NCBI GenBank assembly: GCA_001804285.1
Contig: MHFR01000045.1
Location: 534-62,492, forward strand
DNA from: Candidatus Danuiimicrobium aquiferis
GTDB lineage: Bacteria; Omnitrophota; Omnitrophia; Omnitrophales; Danuiimicrobiaceae
Length of the DNA: 61,959 nt
Direction: 5' to 3'
Under the pieces are notes generated by a model, which saw only the letters and a program-made list of their open reading frames with translations, made no database searches and was not told the DNA's origin. Shown here one piece after another: positions 28,312 to 37,423 of this stretch (the first letter of the stretch is position 1; each line of letters opens with the position of its first letter). The position numbers and the translations under genes are program-made.

Positions 28312-30861
28312 ATGAGACGGAATAAATTAAAACTCTTTATTGCTGCTTTTGTCGCATTTTTAATTTCATGCGTCATCTCAATTTATGTTAGAACCTATGC
28401 TTTGAGAGAATCGACATACGTTCCGGCAGCCGCTCGGGCCGTGGCCGAAAAAATGGTACAGACGTCTTTGAGAAATCAGGTAATGGCCATTTTATCCGTA
28501 AAGAGCGAAAACCTTCCGGAATCCTTACGTTTACGGCTTGCCGAAAAACAAGTTGAAAACCTTATCAAAACGGACCGGCCGCGCTATGAGCAAGCGGTGA
28601 ACCAAATGCTGTCTGAAATGCGTCAGTCGCAGAACCCTCAACAATCACGCCATTATTTGCTTGAAGCAGATCCGTATTATTACTATTACATTTCAAGCAT
28701 TTTGGCGGAACAGGGGAAGTTTACGGCTGAGTTTAAAGACGGGATGTATTTTAATCGCTTGAGAGGCGCGCCGCATGGAAGATGGACGTATTTTTACTTA
28801 AATTCCTATGTCGGATATTATTTTTATCGAATCCTTGAATTTTTCTTGCCGCATATTGAACTCATGGAAGCTTTGGGTTATGTTTCTCTCGTTCTAACCG
28901 TGGTAGCGCTTGCATTATTCTTTATTCTCTGTTATTCGCTTGATGTGGGATTGTTTTCTGCGTTTTTAGGATCCATTATTTTTGGGTTAGCTCCTGTTTT
29001 TATCCAGAGAAGTGCTTATGGCTGGTATGATTCCGATCCGTACAATTATATTTTCCCATTTGCCGTCTTAAGCTTGTATTTCTGGTCGACGAAACGAAAT
29101 CGTTTTGTTTATGCTTCCGGAATTATTGCAGGGTTTTTAACCGCTCTTTTTGCCATGTTCTGGCAAGGGTGGCCATTTATTTTTGTGCTTGTTTTGGTCG
29201 CCGGAATAACTTCGGGGATCTTGGGTGTATTACTTAGAAAAAAAGAAGGACAGGGATATCCTAAGTTTTCGGTTTCTTTTTTTGTGACCTGTCTTTTGTT
29301 TGGTTTGATATTCTTGACGCCTAAACGCTTGGCAGATAATTTTTTTCAGGGTTTTTCATTCCTCGGACAATTCAATCCGTCTGAATTGGAGGTTTGGCCT
29401 AATCTTTTTCTGACGGTGGGTGAAACGCGGTCTATTCAACTCATTAAACTGGTTTATTTAAGCGGAAATATGATAACGTTTTCTGTTAGCATATTGGGTG
29501 TCATTTGGTATCTCATTTGGAGCCTTCGCTCCAGGAACTTTCATTCTTTTTCGCGATGGACAACCTTGATGATTCTTTTGATTCCATTGACGGTAATGTC
29601 TTTGCAGACAGAAAGATTTGCGCTTCTTTTTGTCATTCCGTACGCATTATTTCTGACGATGGCGGTTGAGGGGATCAATGACGTATTCGAAAAACTGGTG
29701 TTGCTGATCAATCAATTCCGGAAAATCCAGGAGGGATTTAAAAAAACGCTCATTCGTATTGTCCCGGCTGTCATTGCCATGATTGTGCTTCTGCCGATGA
29801 CGTTGATCGAAGGGCATATTGTGGGACTTAGAATAAAACCGATTATGAACGATGCTTGGTATGCCATGATGATGGAAATTAAAGAAAAAACGCCCAAAGA
29901 TGCAATCATTGATTGCTGGTGGCCACCCGGGCATTTTATTTCCGGGTTGGCGAAACGAAGAGTTCTTTTTGACGGCGCAAGCCAGCAAGTTCCGGAAGCG
30001 TATTGGCTTGCGAAGGCTTATTTAGCCAATGACGAACGTGTGTCTGCCGGGATTCTAAGGATGCTTGACGTGAGCGGGAATGATTCTGTGGATTATTTGA
30101 AAAAAGTCGGATTTGACTTACCGATGAGCATTGATATAGTGACGAGCTTGTTGCCTCTTAGTCGCGAGCAAGCGTTCGGTGTTTTCCCGGAAAAGATGTC
30201 TGCAGAACAAAAAAATAATTTATTGGATTTGATTTATGGATCCAAACAACTGCCACCCGGCTATCTTTTAATTTATGATGACTTAATGAAGCAAAATCTA
30301 GCCTTAACGATGGTGGCAAAATGGGATTTTAGAAAAGCGCTTGAAATGAAAACCCAAGGCCGAAACAAAACTACGGCAGAGAATAAAAAATCAAACATTC
30401 CGGATCCGTATGTTAGGCAGGTGATGGAAATTATCGGCGGAATTTGGAAGTATACGCCGGAATCAAGGTTGAAAGAGCGAAAGGGGAATCTTTTCTTCTT
30501 TGATAATGGGTTACGGATAGATATCCCGACAAAAGAGGCGTTCATCGAGCAGCCCGAGAAAAAACTGAAAGGAAAGCCGCTGAGCTTGTTTTATTTGGAA
30601 GGAAATCAGCTGATTGAAAAACAGTATTTAGATGGCAATGTTGATGTCTCCGCTCTTTTGATTGAGCAAAACGGGGAATATTCATGCGTCATGGCAAATC
30701 GCGAATTGATTCGATCTATGCTTTTTCGACTCTATTATTTGAACGGTGAGGGCTTGGACTATTTCAAACCTTTCCTTAAACAATCGGATGATAAGACGAA
30801 AACATATCTCTACCTTTTTCAAGTTGATTATAATTTATTAAAGAAGGCGGATGGCCAGTAA
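28312..30861 (+). CDS. STT3/PglB/AglB-like polytopic membrane protein (GT-C oligosaccharyltransferase homologue) with a variant WWDYG motif
   Basis: It has an N-terminal multi-TM domain. The loop motif LLEADPYYYYY (28663-) resembles the FDPYFNYR of STT3. A second acidic loop reads GWYDSDPYN (29020-). The periplasmic domain opens with CWWPPGHFISG...LFDG (WWPPG at 29917-31), where STT3 enzymes have WWDYGY...DG. Confidence 0.7.
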   Translation: MRRNKLKLFIAAFVAFLISCVISIYVRTYALRESTYVPAAARAVAEKMVQTSLRNQVMAILSVKSENLPESLRLRLAEKQVENLIKTDRPRYEQAVNQMLSEMRQSQNPQQSRHYLLEADPYYYYYISSILAEQGKFTAEFKDGMYFNRLRGAPHGRWTYFYLNSYVGYYFYRILEFFLPHIELMEALGYVSLVLTVVALALFFILCYSLDVGLFSAFLGSIIFGLAPVFIQRSAYGWYDSDPYNYIFPFAVLSLYFWSTKRNRFVYASGIIAGFLTALFAMFWQGWPFIFVLVLVAGITSGILGVLLRKKEGQGYPKFSVSFFVTCLLFGLIFLTPKRLADNFFQGFSFLGQFNPSELEVWPNLFLTVGETRSIQLIKLVYLSGNMITFSVSILGVIWYLIWSLRSRNFHSFSRWTTLMILLIPLTVMSLQTERFALLFVIPYALFLTMAVEGINDVFEKLVLLINQFRKIQEGFKKTLIRIVPAVIAMIVLLPMTLIEGHIVGLRIKPIMNDAWYAMMMEIKEKTPKDAIIDCWWPPGHFISGLAKRRVLFDGASQQVPEAYWLAKAYLANDERVSAGILRMLDVSGNDSVDYLKKVGFDLPMSIDIVTSLLPLSREQAFGVFPEKMSAEQKNNLLDLIYGSKQLPPGYLLIYDDLMKQNLALTMVAKWDFRKALEMKTQGRNKTTAENKKSNIPDPYVRQVMEIIGGIWKYTPESRLKERKGNLFFFDNGLRIDIPTKEAFIEQPEKKLKGKPLSLFYLEGNQLIEKQYLDGNVDVSALLIEQNGEYSCVMANRELIRSMLFRLYYLNGEGLDYFKPFLKQSDDKTKTYLYLFQVDYNLLKKADGQ

Positions 30862-30870
30862 GTTTAAAAT

Positions 30871-31033
30871 GGGTATCCGTTCAGCCCGTCATTGCGAGCC
30901 AAGGAGCAATAAGGTGGCACGCTGTACAAAACGCACAGCACTTTGCGCTTTGTAAAGTGAAGCAATCCCATACCTGAGATTGCCGCGTCGGTCTGATAGC
31001 CTCCTCGCAATGACGCAAGGGGTATCTGAACGG
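30871..31033. repeat. Long palindromic element of the GTCATTGCGAG...CTCGCAATGAC class (~160 nt)
   Basis: The outer arms CCGTTCAG..CGTCATTGCGAG and CTCGCAATGACG..CTGAACGG are reverse complements. The element is intergenic, between the STT3-like stop and the next start. Confidence 0.75.
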
Positions 31034-31055
31034 TTACTAACATGGAGGGAACACA

Positions 31056-31400
31056 ATGAAGCATTGGATATGTTTTTTGATCGTCGCTCTTTTGATGATT
31101 AGCGTGAACGTGTGTGCTCAGGACGATGTGTCGGAGGATGGTGGCGTTTATAAGGATGGAAGGCTGTTCAATATTTCGCCCGATCGAAAAATGATTAATG
31201 TCGGAGGGGTTAATACACCGGAAGGTCTCGACATTTACATGAATCGATGGTTTGAACGTTTTGAAGGTGAGATCAAAGATTTGGGACGCAAAATTGATGA
31301 CCTTTCGAATGAAATAAAAGAACTTAAGAAAAGTGTAGAAAAAAATGCAGAAAGTAGTCAGGCTAGGACATCCACCGAGGGAAATGTATTTAAACGGTAG
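31056..31400 (+). CDS. Small secreted protein with a C-terminal coiled coil
   Basis: GGAGGG lies 7 nt upstream of the ATG. It has a signal peptide (MKHWICFLIVALLMISVNVCA|QDD) and the heptad-like EGEIKDLGRKIDDLSNEIKELKKSVEK. It ends 6 nt before gspK. Confidence 0.65.
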   Translation: MKHWICFLIVALLMISVNVCAQDDVSEDGGVYKDGRLFNISPDRKMINVGGVNTPEGLDIYMNRWFERFEGEIKDLGRKIDDLSNEIKELKKSVEKNAESSQARTSTEGNVFKR

Positions 31401-31406
31401 ATTATC

Positions 31407-32489
31407 ATGAAGAATAAAAGAAATCAAAACGGCAGTATTTTTATTCTTGTCATGTGGGTGCTTCTATTTTTGAGCGTATTTGCTTTTGCGGTTGGCTACG
31501 CGACACGGCAGTATTTACAGTTTATTCAAAAACTTGAAATTAGGGAGAACTTGCGGGAAATTGCTGAAGCGGGTGTTAAAAAAGCAATTTATATTCTCGA
31601 TAGAAAAAAGTTACAGCAACCCGTGGCGGATTTTTTAAATGAAGATTGGAGTCAAAACCCGAAAGAATTTCAAGACATTTCGCTTGGGCGAGGTTTTTTC
31701 GCAGTTTCATATGAGTCACCTGTGGTGACGAAGAAAGAAACCGGTAAGATCAACGAGGAAACAAAAGCAATCACATCGGAAAATGAAAATGTCCGCTATG
31801 GCGTTATTGACGAAGAGCGAAAACTTAATATTAACAAAGTAGATAAACCTGTTGCGATGACAAAACTATTTCGAGAGGCTGCAGAGATTGATGAGGACCT
31901 GGCATATTCCATCGCCGTTTCGATTATAGATTGGCGCGATCAAGATGAGTTTTCTTATGACTACGGTGCGGAAAGTCAATATTACAAATCCTTAAGCCCC
32001 CCGTATAAAGCCAAGAATACGGATTTTGATACACTGGAAGAATTGCTCTTTGTGAAAGGAGTCACGCCTGAAATTTATTCAAAAATTAATCTGTATATAA
32101 CCATTTACGGAAATGGTTCAATCAATTTGAATACAGCATCGGAATATGTTTTAAAAGCCATAGGTTTTCCAGATTCGCTGGTCAAAAAGGTTGTCGAATT
32201 TCGCCGCGGGCCTGATCAGAAAGAAGGGACATCCGACGATCTGGCTTTTACTGAACTCGAGAGCGCTGTTGATGTGCTCAACCAAACCTATTATTTAGAC
32301 GATATTGAAAAAGGATTTTTCAAGTCGATGATTGATTCGGGACGGCTTCAAATATTTTCAAATTATTTTACAATTCAGAGCGTTGCGGCGTTAAATGGCC
32401 GCACAGAGGCATTAAAAGTAACCTGTGTTTTTGAGCGACACGGCCAAATTCGGAAGTGGAATGAACAATATTTTTCAACAGGGGATTGA
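31407..32489 (+). CDS. gspK: GspK-like minor pseudopilin
   Basis: It has a hydrophobic N-terminus GSIFILVMWVLLFLSVF without Glu+5, as in GspK. It is 360 aa. It carries the helix-hairpin-helix-like INLNTASEYVLKAIGFPDSLVKKVVEFRRG that is typical of GspK. Confidence 0.7.
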   Translation: MKNKRNQNGSIFILVMWVLLFLSVFAFAVGYATRQYLQFIQKLEIRENLREIAEAGVKKAIYILDRKKLQQPVADFLNEDWSQNPKEFQDISLGRGFFAVSYESPVVTKKETGKINEETKAITSENENVRYGVIDEERKLNINKVDKPVAMTKLFREAAEIDEDLAYSIAVSIIDWRDQDEFSYDYGAESQYYKSLSPPYKAKNTDFDTLEELLFVKGVTPEIYSKINLYITIYGNGSINLNTASEYVLKAIGFPDSLVKKVVEFRRGPDQKEGTSDDLAFTELESAVDVLNQTYYLDDIEKGFFKSMIDSGRLQIFSNYFTIQSVAALNGRTEALKVTCVFERHGQIRKWNEQYFSTGD

Positions 32490-32920
32490 ACATGGCGCGT
32501 GCTTTTTTAGTCCGTGAAATTCATTGTGAGGCAAACGATGAAGTGGGGTTTCTTGGGAGGGTTGTCATTGCGCTTGCGCAACAGAATGTATCGATTTCCC
32601 ATTTATCAGCTTATACGGCGGGCGAGACGGGGTATCTACAATTTATAGTTCGAGAAGTGGATGTGGATAAGGCGAAAGAAGCCGTTGGTTATTTTATTCC
32701 AAAGATTTCTGTGAGGGAGGCGTTGATTGTTGAATTTGAAAACAAAGTGGGAACGCTTGCGCCGGTTGCCAAGTTGCTCGGCAGTAATGGTATCGGGATC
32801 AATTATGTGTACGGGACAAGTTCGGATGGATTTAAAATTGTCGGTGTTTTCTCGACGACTGATAATCAAAAAGCCTCAGAGCTGATTAACCAAGATTCCG
32901 GGTGGGCCATTAACAAATAA
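32486..32920 (+). CDS. Tandem ACT-domain-like small protein
   Basis: It has two ~65-aa halves, each beginning with a beta-alpha-beta pattern (GFLGRVVIALAQQNVSISHL and GTLAPVAKLLGSNGIGINYV). The TTG start overlaps the gspK stop; the ATG at 32492 is an alternative. Confidence 0.5.
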   Translation: MNMARAFLVREIHCEANDEVGFLGRVVIALAQQNVSISHLSAYTAGETGYLQFIVREVDVDKAKEAVGYFIPKISVREALIVEFENKVGTLAPVAKLLGSNGIGINYVYGTSSDGFKIVGVFSTTDNQKASELINQDSGWAINK

Positions 32921-32951
32921 CTGATTCGATGAACGATGAAATGAGTCAAAC

Positions 32952-34214
32952 ATGAAAAACAGGGTTGAAGTAATTATTATTTTTCTTGCGTTTATGATTG
33001 TGACGTTAGTATCTGACGGAATGACTGCTGGCTCGCATGATCGGAATGTCAATATTCCGAAAAAAGAAGAGGCAAAAGCCAATATTGCACAAGGGGAACA
33101 AGATAAGGCGGGGGAGAAACAATCGTCTGATACAGGTTCGTCACGCGGCAAAGTGGATGTGATGGAAGAACTCAAACTCTATTCAAAAGCATTAAACGCG
33201 GTTCTGGAAGGCTATGTGGATGACGTTGAAGCGAGACAAATGTTATATGAAGCCGTGAAGGGGATGATGAGTTCTCTGGATAAATATTCAAATTTTATCG
33301 ATGCTAAAACGTTTGAAATGATGAAAATTCACATGAAGGGAGAATATGCCGGGATCGGTACGATTTTAGCAAGGCTGGACGGCCTGCCTGCGATATATGA
33401 AATTCAGGAAAACAGTCCGGCGGCCAAAGCGGGATTGTTGGTGAAAGATAAAATATTACAGGTTGATCAAACGTCGACACAAGGACTTGAAATTGAAAAA
33501 GTAACTCTGATGATGAGGGGGGACGCTGGGACGAAAGTGGTGTTAAAAATTCAACGGGATGAGCCCAAAAAAATATTTGATATCACATTAACCCGTGAGA
33601 AAATCGAAATTCCCGCAGTCAAAGAAATCAAAATGATCGGGAAGCATATAGGCTATGTGCACATTAGTAACTGGCAGGAAAATACAATTGAGCAATTTGA
33701 CAACGCGTTTAATGATTTAAAAGCGAAGGGAATGCAAGCACTGATTATTGATCTTAGAGATAATGGCGGGGGATTGCTGACCAGCGCTGTGGATTTAGCT
33801 GAGCGATTTCTCAATAAAGATAAAATCATTGTGAATGTAAAGAGTAAGGTCAACGTGCAGCGCAAAGAATATATTTCGACCGGCGAAAAGAAACTTGATG
33901 ATTATGAGCTATTGGTGCTCATTAATGAAAAGTCCGCAAGTGCTTCTGAGATTTTCTCTGCAGCAATGCAGGACAATAAACGTGGGACGGTGATTGGTGA
34001 GAAATCGTATGGAAAAGCTTCTGTTCAATCTGTGATTCCTTTGGATGACGTTACCGGCATGAAATTAACCACAGCGAAATATTTCACTCCGGCCGGAACG
34101 GCGATTGATGGAAACGGGGTTAAACCTGATATTATAGTTTCAAAAAAAATGGATGGAATGAAAGAAGATATGCAGCTGATGCGGGCTATTGCAAAGCTAA
34201 AACAATTTATGTGA
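32952..34214 (+). CDS. S41 C-terminal processing peptidase (Ctp/Prc family)
   Basis: It has a PDZ region (YAGIG...SPAAKAGLLVKDKILQVD). The catalytic blocks are LIIDLRDNGGGLL, LINEKSASASEIF (Ser) and GEKSYGKASVQ (Lys). An N-terminal anchor or signal is present. Confidence 0.88.
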   Translation: MKNRVEVIIIFLAFMIVTLVSDGMTAGSHDRNVNIPKKEEAKANIAQGEQDKAGEKQSSDTGSSRGKVDVMEELKLYSKALNAVLEGYVDDVEARQMLYEAVKGMMSSLDKYSNFIDAKTFEMMKIHMKGEYAGIGTILARLDGLPAIYEIQENSPAAKAGLLVKDKILQVDQTSTQGLEIEKVTLMMRGDAGTKVVLKIQRDEPKKIFDITLTREKIEIPAVKEIKMIGKHIGYVHISNWQENTIEQFDNAFNDLKAKGMQALIIDLRDNGGGLLTSAVDLAERFLNKDKIIVNVKSKVNVQRKEYISTGEKKLDDYELLVLINEKSASASEIFSAAMQDNKRGTVIGEKSYGKASVQSVIPLDDVTGMKLTTAKYFTPAGTAIDGNGVKPDIIVSKKMDGMKEDMQLMRAIAKLKQFM

Positions 34215-34242
34215 TGAAGAAGGATGAACAGGGATAGATTTC

Positions 34243-34893
34243 ATGGAAAACGAAAAGAATAGCCAATATAAAGCGAAAGAGCGTTATACAGATAAAAATG
34301 TTGCGACAGCCTATGACGAAGAGCGGTTTACAAGTTGGGTTGGGCAAATCGCTCATAAAATTGAATCGGATGCGTTGGCGTATAGTGTAGATCGTTACTT
34401 TGAAAAAGGAGGATCTATTTTGGATATTCCTTGCGGAACGGGAAGATTGCTTCCAGTCCTGCTCAACCGCGGTTTTTTAGTGACCGGTGGTGATATCTCA
34501 AATGAAATGATTCAAGTTGCACAAAAGAAATATGGAAATGCAACTTTCAAGGTTGTTGATGCCGAAAACTTGCCATTTTCGGACAACGCTTTTGATTATG
34601 TTACCAGCTATCGGTTGATGTGCCATTTGCCGAAAGACGTGCGTCGTAAAGTCCTGGGCGAGATGGTTCGCGTGGCGCGCAAAACGGTGGTCGTGAACTA
34701 TCATTTTACGAGTTTAGCTCCGGTTGCAATTTTAAACCAGCTTTTTCGTCCGACCTGTTGTGCGACTTATCCGGTTAAAATGAATGAAATCTCCGGCGAA
34801 CTTCCGAATGAAAATTGCGAGATTCTTGAGATTCGGAAGTTGAGCTGGTTTGAACGCAGTTCATCATTAGTGGTTATTAAAAAGAAAAATTGA
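34243..34893 (+). CDS. Class I SAM-dependent methyltransferase
   Basis: Motif I reads ILDIPCGTGRL, post-I reads GGDIS, and the family pattern FDYVTSYRLMCHL is present. Confidence 0.8.
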   Translation: MENEKNSQYKAKERYTDKNVATAYDEERFTSWVGQIAHKIESDALAYSVDRYFEKGGSILDIPCGTGRLLPVLLNRGFLVTGGDISNEMIQVAQKKYGNATFKVVDAENLPFSDNAFDYVTSYRLMCHLPKDVRRKVLGEMVRVARKTVVVNYHFTSLAPVAILNQLFRPTCCATYPVKMNEISGELPNENCEILEIRKLSWFERSSSLVVIKKKN

Positions 34894-36080
34894 AAAAGCC
34901 ATTCTTATCAGACGTCAGCATTATTTTCTCGGGTCAGTTGATTGCCGGTGGAGCTGCATTTATTTATACCGTGATAACCGCCCGGCTTCTCGGAATCGAA
35001 GATTACGGTTTATTCCAGTCTTTGTTTGCGTTGTATGGAATTTGTTCTCTTTTTAGTAATCCACTCTATCTTTCGGTTGTTCATGGAGTCGGCGTTTCAC
35101 CGCCTGAATTTCGCGCAGAGGCAACCGGTCAATTCATAAAAGTCGCATCTATTTTTGCGGGCATGATTGCTGTTGGTCTGATCATTATTTCGCCCAAACT
35201 TATAGGCGTTTTACATATGAATTCTCTATTGCCGATTTGGATAGTTGCTATTTTGCTCATTACACGTGCGTGGCTTACGACCATATATGGTTCGATTCAA
35301 GGGCAGAATCAACATGGTTTGTTTTCAGTTTCAAAAATCGCCGAAGCGCTTATTTGTTTGATAATCGGAACGATGTTTTTAGTTTTAGGAGGACGGACCG
35401 TCGGCGCAATTTTCGGCTATTTTTGGGGAATGGTACTGCCAATTTTCTATTTTGTTTTTATCAAACGGATTTTTATCATACGAAAAGGTTTTGATCGCAT
35501 TAAAGTTGAGTTTGGAAATATCGCCAAAATTTTAATCGCATTCGGTGTTTTAACGATGATTGACAATCTGCCGATTCTGATCGGCCGCTCAAAATTAAGT
35601 CCGGAAGAAAGCGGTTTGTTCGGAGCTTTGTTTAATTTGCGAAACATACTGTTTCCTTTTGCATTTGCTGTCGCGGTTCCGTTTTACACGCATTCATTGA
35701 ATGGAAATCAACAACCGTCTATTTTCAAAAAGGCATTGTTGTTAGTTTCCGGGCTGGGAGTGGGATTTGTATGCGCCGGAATTCTATTCCCGAAATTCTT
35801 AATCAGTACGATTTATGGGAGGACATTTGTCGAAGCCTCACAGTATATGGCGATTTACGGCGTTTCTTTATGGCTAGAAATGATTCTGATTGTTTTGATT
35901 TTTTACAGGCTTGCTCAAAAGAAGATCAATTCGTGGATTTTACCGTTACCGATTTTCATTTTCATTCCATGTCTGTTTTTTTCGCACTTAAATATTGGGC
36001 AGTTAATGATCAGTCAAATCGTGGCATCAATCATTTATGTTTTAATTTTTTCAGCAAATTCCCTTTTTGATCGTTCATAG
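34890..36080 (+). CDS. Polysaccharide biosynthesis / oligosaccharide flippase-like membrane protein
   Basis: About 10-12 TM helices. The N-terminus ...FSGQLIAGGAAFIYTVITARLLGIEDYGLFQSLFAL is typical of Wzx-like proteins. The TTG start overlaps the upstream stop. Confidence 0.6.
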   Translation: MKKPFLSDVSIIFSGQLIAGGAAFIYTVITARLLGIEDYGLFQSLFALYGICSLFSNPLYLSVVHGVGVSPPEFRAEATGQFIKVASIFAGMIAVGLIIISPKLIGVLHMNSLLPIWIVAILLITRAWLTTIYGSIQGQNQHGLFSVSKIAEALICLIIGTMFLVLGGRTVGAIFGYFWGMVLPIFYFVFIKRIFIIRKGFDRIKVEFGNIAKILIAFGVLTMIDNLPILIGRSKLSPEESGLFGALFNLRNILFPFAFAVAVPFYTHSLNGNQQPSIFKKALLLVSGLGVGFVCAGILFPKFLISTIYGRTFVEASQYMAIYGVSLWLEMILIVLIFYRLAQKKINSWILPLPIFIFIPCLFFSHLNIGQLMISQIVASIIYVLIFSANSLFDRS

Positions 36081-37423
36081 AGTTTTAAATCATCCAAAAA
36101 GTCTTTTTGCTCAGATTCGAGCAGGGAATCAACTCGATCCTGATGATTGAGTTTTAATAAAAACCGTCCCCCATCTTGGTCATAAATGATTTTGCTTTGC
36201 TTTTTAATTCTGCAATAAAAATGGGAATCATCAATGGTTTCGATCCAAATTGATTTTTTGGGGTCAACGGATGATTTTTCTTGAAGTAGGCTTACGAAAC
36301 TTTCGCCGAAAAAGGTGTTTTCTTCGGATATGCCGCAGATATTTAATAGGCTCGGTGCAAGGTCTATGAGCGAAACTGGTTGTTCAATGGAGGGCATACC
36401 CGAAGAAAGTTCCGGATGATAAATCATTAAGGGCACCCTGATTGATTCATCATAAAATTGTTCCGGAGGTGTTTCCCAGTAGCCATGTTCCCAAAATCCG
36501 TAGCCGTGGTCTGCCAGGATTACAATGCACGTATTTTTTAATTGGTCACGCCGCTCGAGAAATTTAAAAATCCGATTGATTTGTGAAAATACGTGCAAAA
36601 TGCTCCGGTCGTAGAGATCGAGTAGAACCGGCATTAAATCATGACGAATCGGTTTTTGTTTCAGGATCGCTTCATTCAATATTCGCTTGATTGCATGCAG
36701 TTTATCTCGGTTGCCTTGATTTTCTTCGGGTGGATTGAGGGGGATATGCGTATCGAGGTAATGAGCCCATGCCATAAAAGGTTTGTTGGGTTCGAGTGCT
36801 GTTAAACGATCGAGGATGTAATTAGTGACCGTGACGCAATTCCTTCCTTCGAGACCGACGGGCTGCTTTAAATTTTTTTTACTTAAAGCATTATAGGTTT
36901 CCCGAAGCCAATGGAATGCGCGCTCGAAAAAATGGACCATTTTTTTTGACGGGCAGTAACGCATGGTGTAAATCGTGTGTTTAACGAAACTGTTGAAGAG
37001 GCTGTCCGGCGGCAGATGATCTTCGCGTGAAATTCCCACATAATCATCGAATCCTCGGGCGTACCCTTGCCCTGGAGTCAGAAAATTTGTCCAGCACGTA
37101 TGAGCGATCGTGTGGTAGCCATGATCCTGAAAGATTTCGGCAAGCATTCGCGCTTTGTATGGAATGTCTAACTTTTTGACATATTGCCAGAGAACTTTTG
37201 TTTCGCAAAGATCCGGCCAGATGGACGCCATGATAGCAGGAAATGAGCGAACAGTTGCCATGGAGTAGGTATATGCGTTTTTGAAGACGGCTATTTTATT
37301 GCGGAACGGATCAAGCGCCTCGTCAGTTTTTAACGAGTAGCCGTATGAGCTGAGGTGATCGGGCCTGAGGGCGTCGACTGTTAATAAAACTAAATTTGTT
37401 TTCGAACGATCATCCTGTGTCAT
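36035..37423 (-). CDS. Sulfatase-like hydrolase/transferase (alkaline phosphatase superfamily)
   Basis: It carries LVLLTVDALRPDHLSSYGY near the N-terminus and ILADHGYGFWEHGY later. The Cys/Ser-x-Pro-x-Arg formylglycine motif is not evident (SMATVRSFPAIM), so it may not be a true sulfatase. Confidence 0.7.
   Translation of the reverse strand: MTQDDRSKTNLVLLTVDALRPDHLSSYGYSLKTDEALDPFRNKIAVFKNAYTYSMATVRSFPAIMASIWPDLCETKVLWQYVKKLDIPYKARMLAEIFQDHGYHTIAHTCWTNFLTPGQGYARGFDDYVGISREDHLPPDSLFNSFVKHTIYTMRYCPSKKMVHFFERAFHWLRETYNALSKKNLKQPVGLEGRNCVTVTNYILDRLTALEPNKPFMAWAHYLDTHIPLNPPEENQGNRDKLHAIKRILNEAILKQKPIRHDLMPVLLDLYDRSILHVFSQINRIFKFLERRDQLKNTCIVILADHGYGFWEHGYWETPPEQFYDESIRVPLMIYHPELSSGMPSIEQPVSLIDLAPSLLNICGISEENTFFGESFVSLLQEKSSVDPKKSIWIETIDDSHFYCRIKKQSKIIYDQDGGRFLLKLNHQDRVDSLLESEQKDFLDDLKLYERSKREFAEKIKT

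Noticed and set aside
30864-31427. 187-aa minus-strand ORF spanning the 30.9-kb palindromic element
   Set aside because: Its C-terminal part is a translation of the repeat element. Its N-terminal part is antisense to a + strand ORF that has a clear RBS, a signal peptide and tight coupling to gspK.
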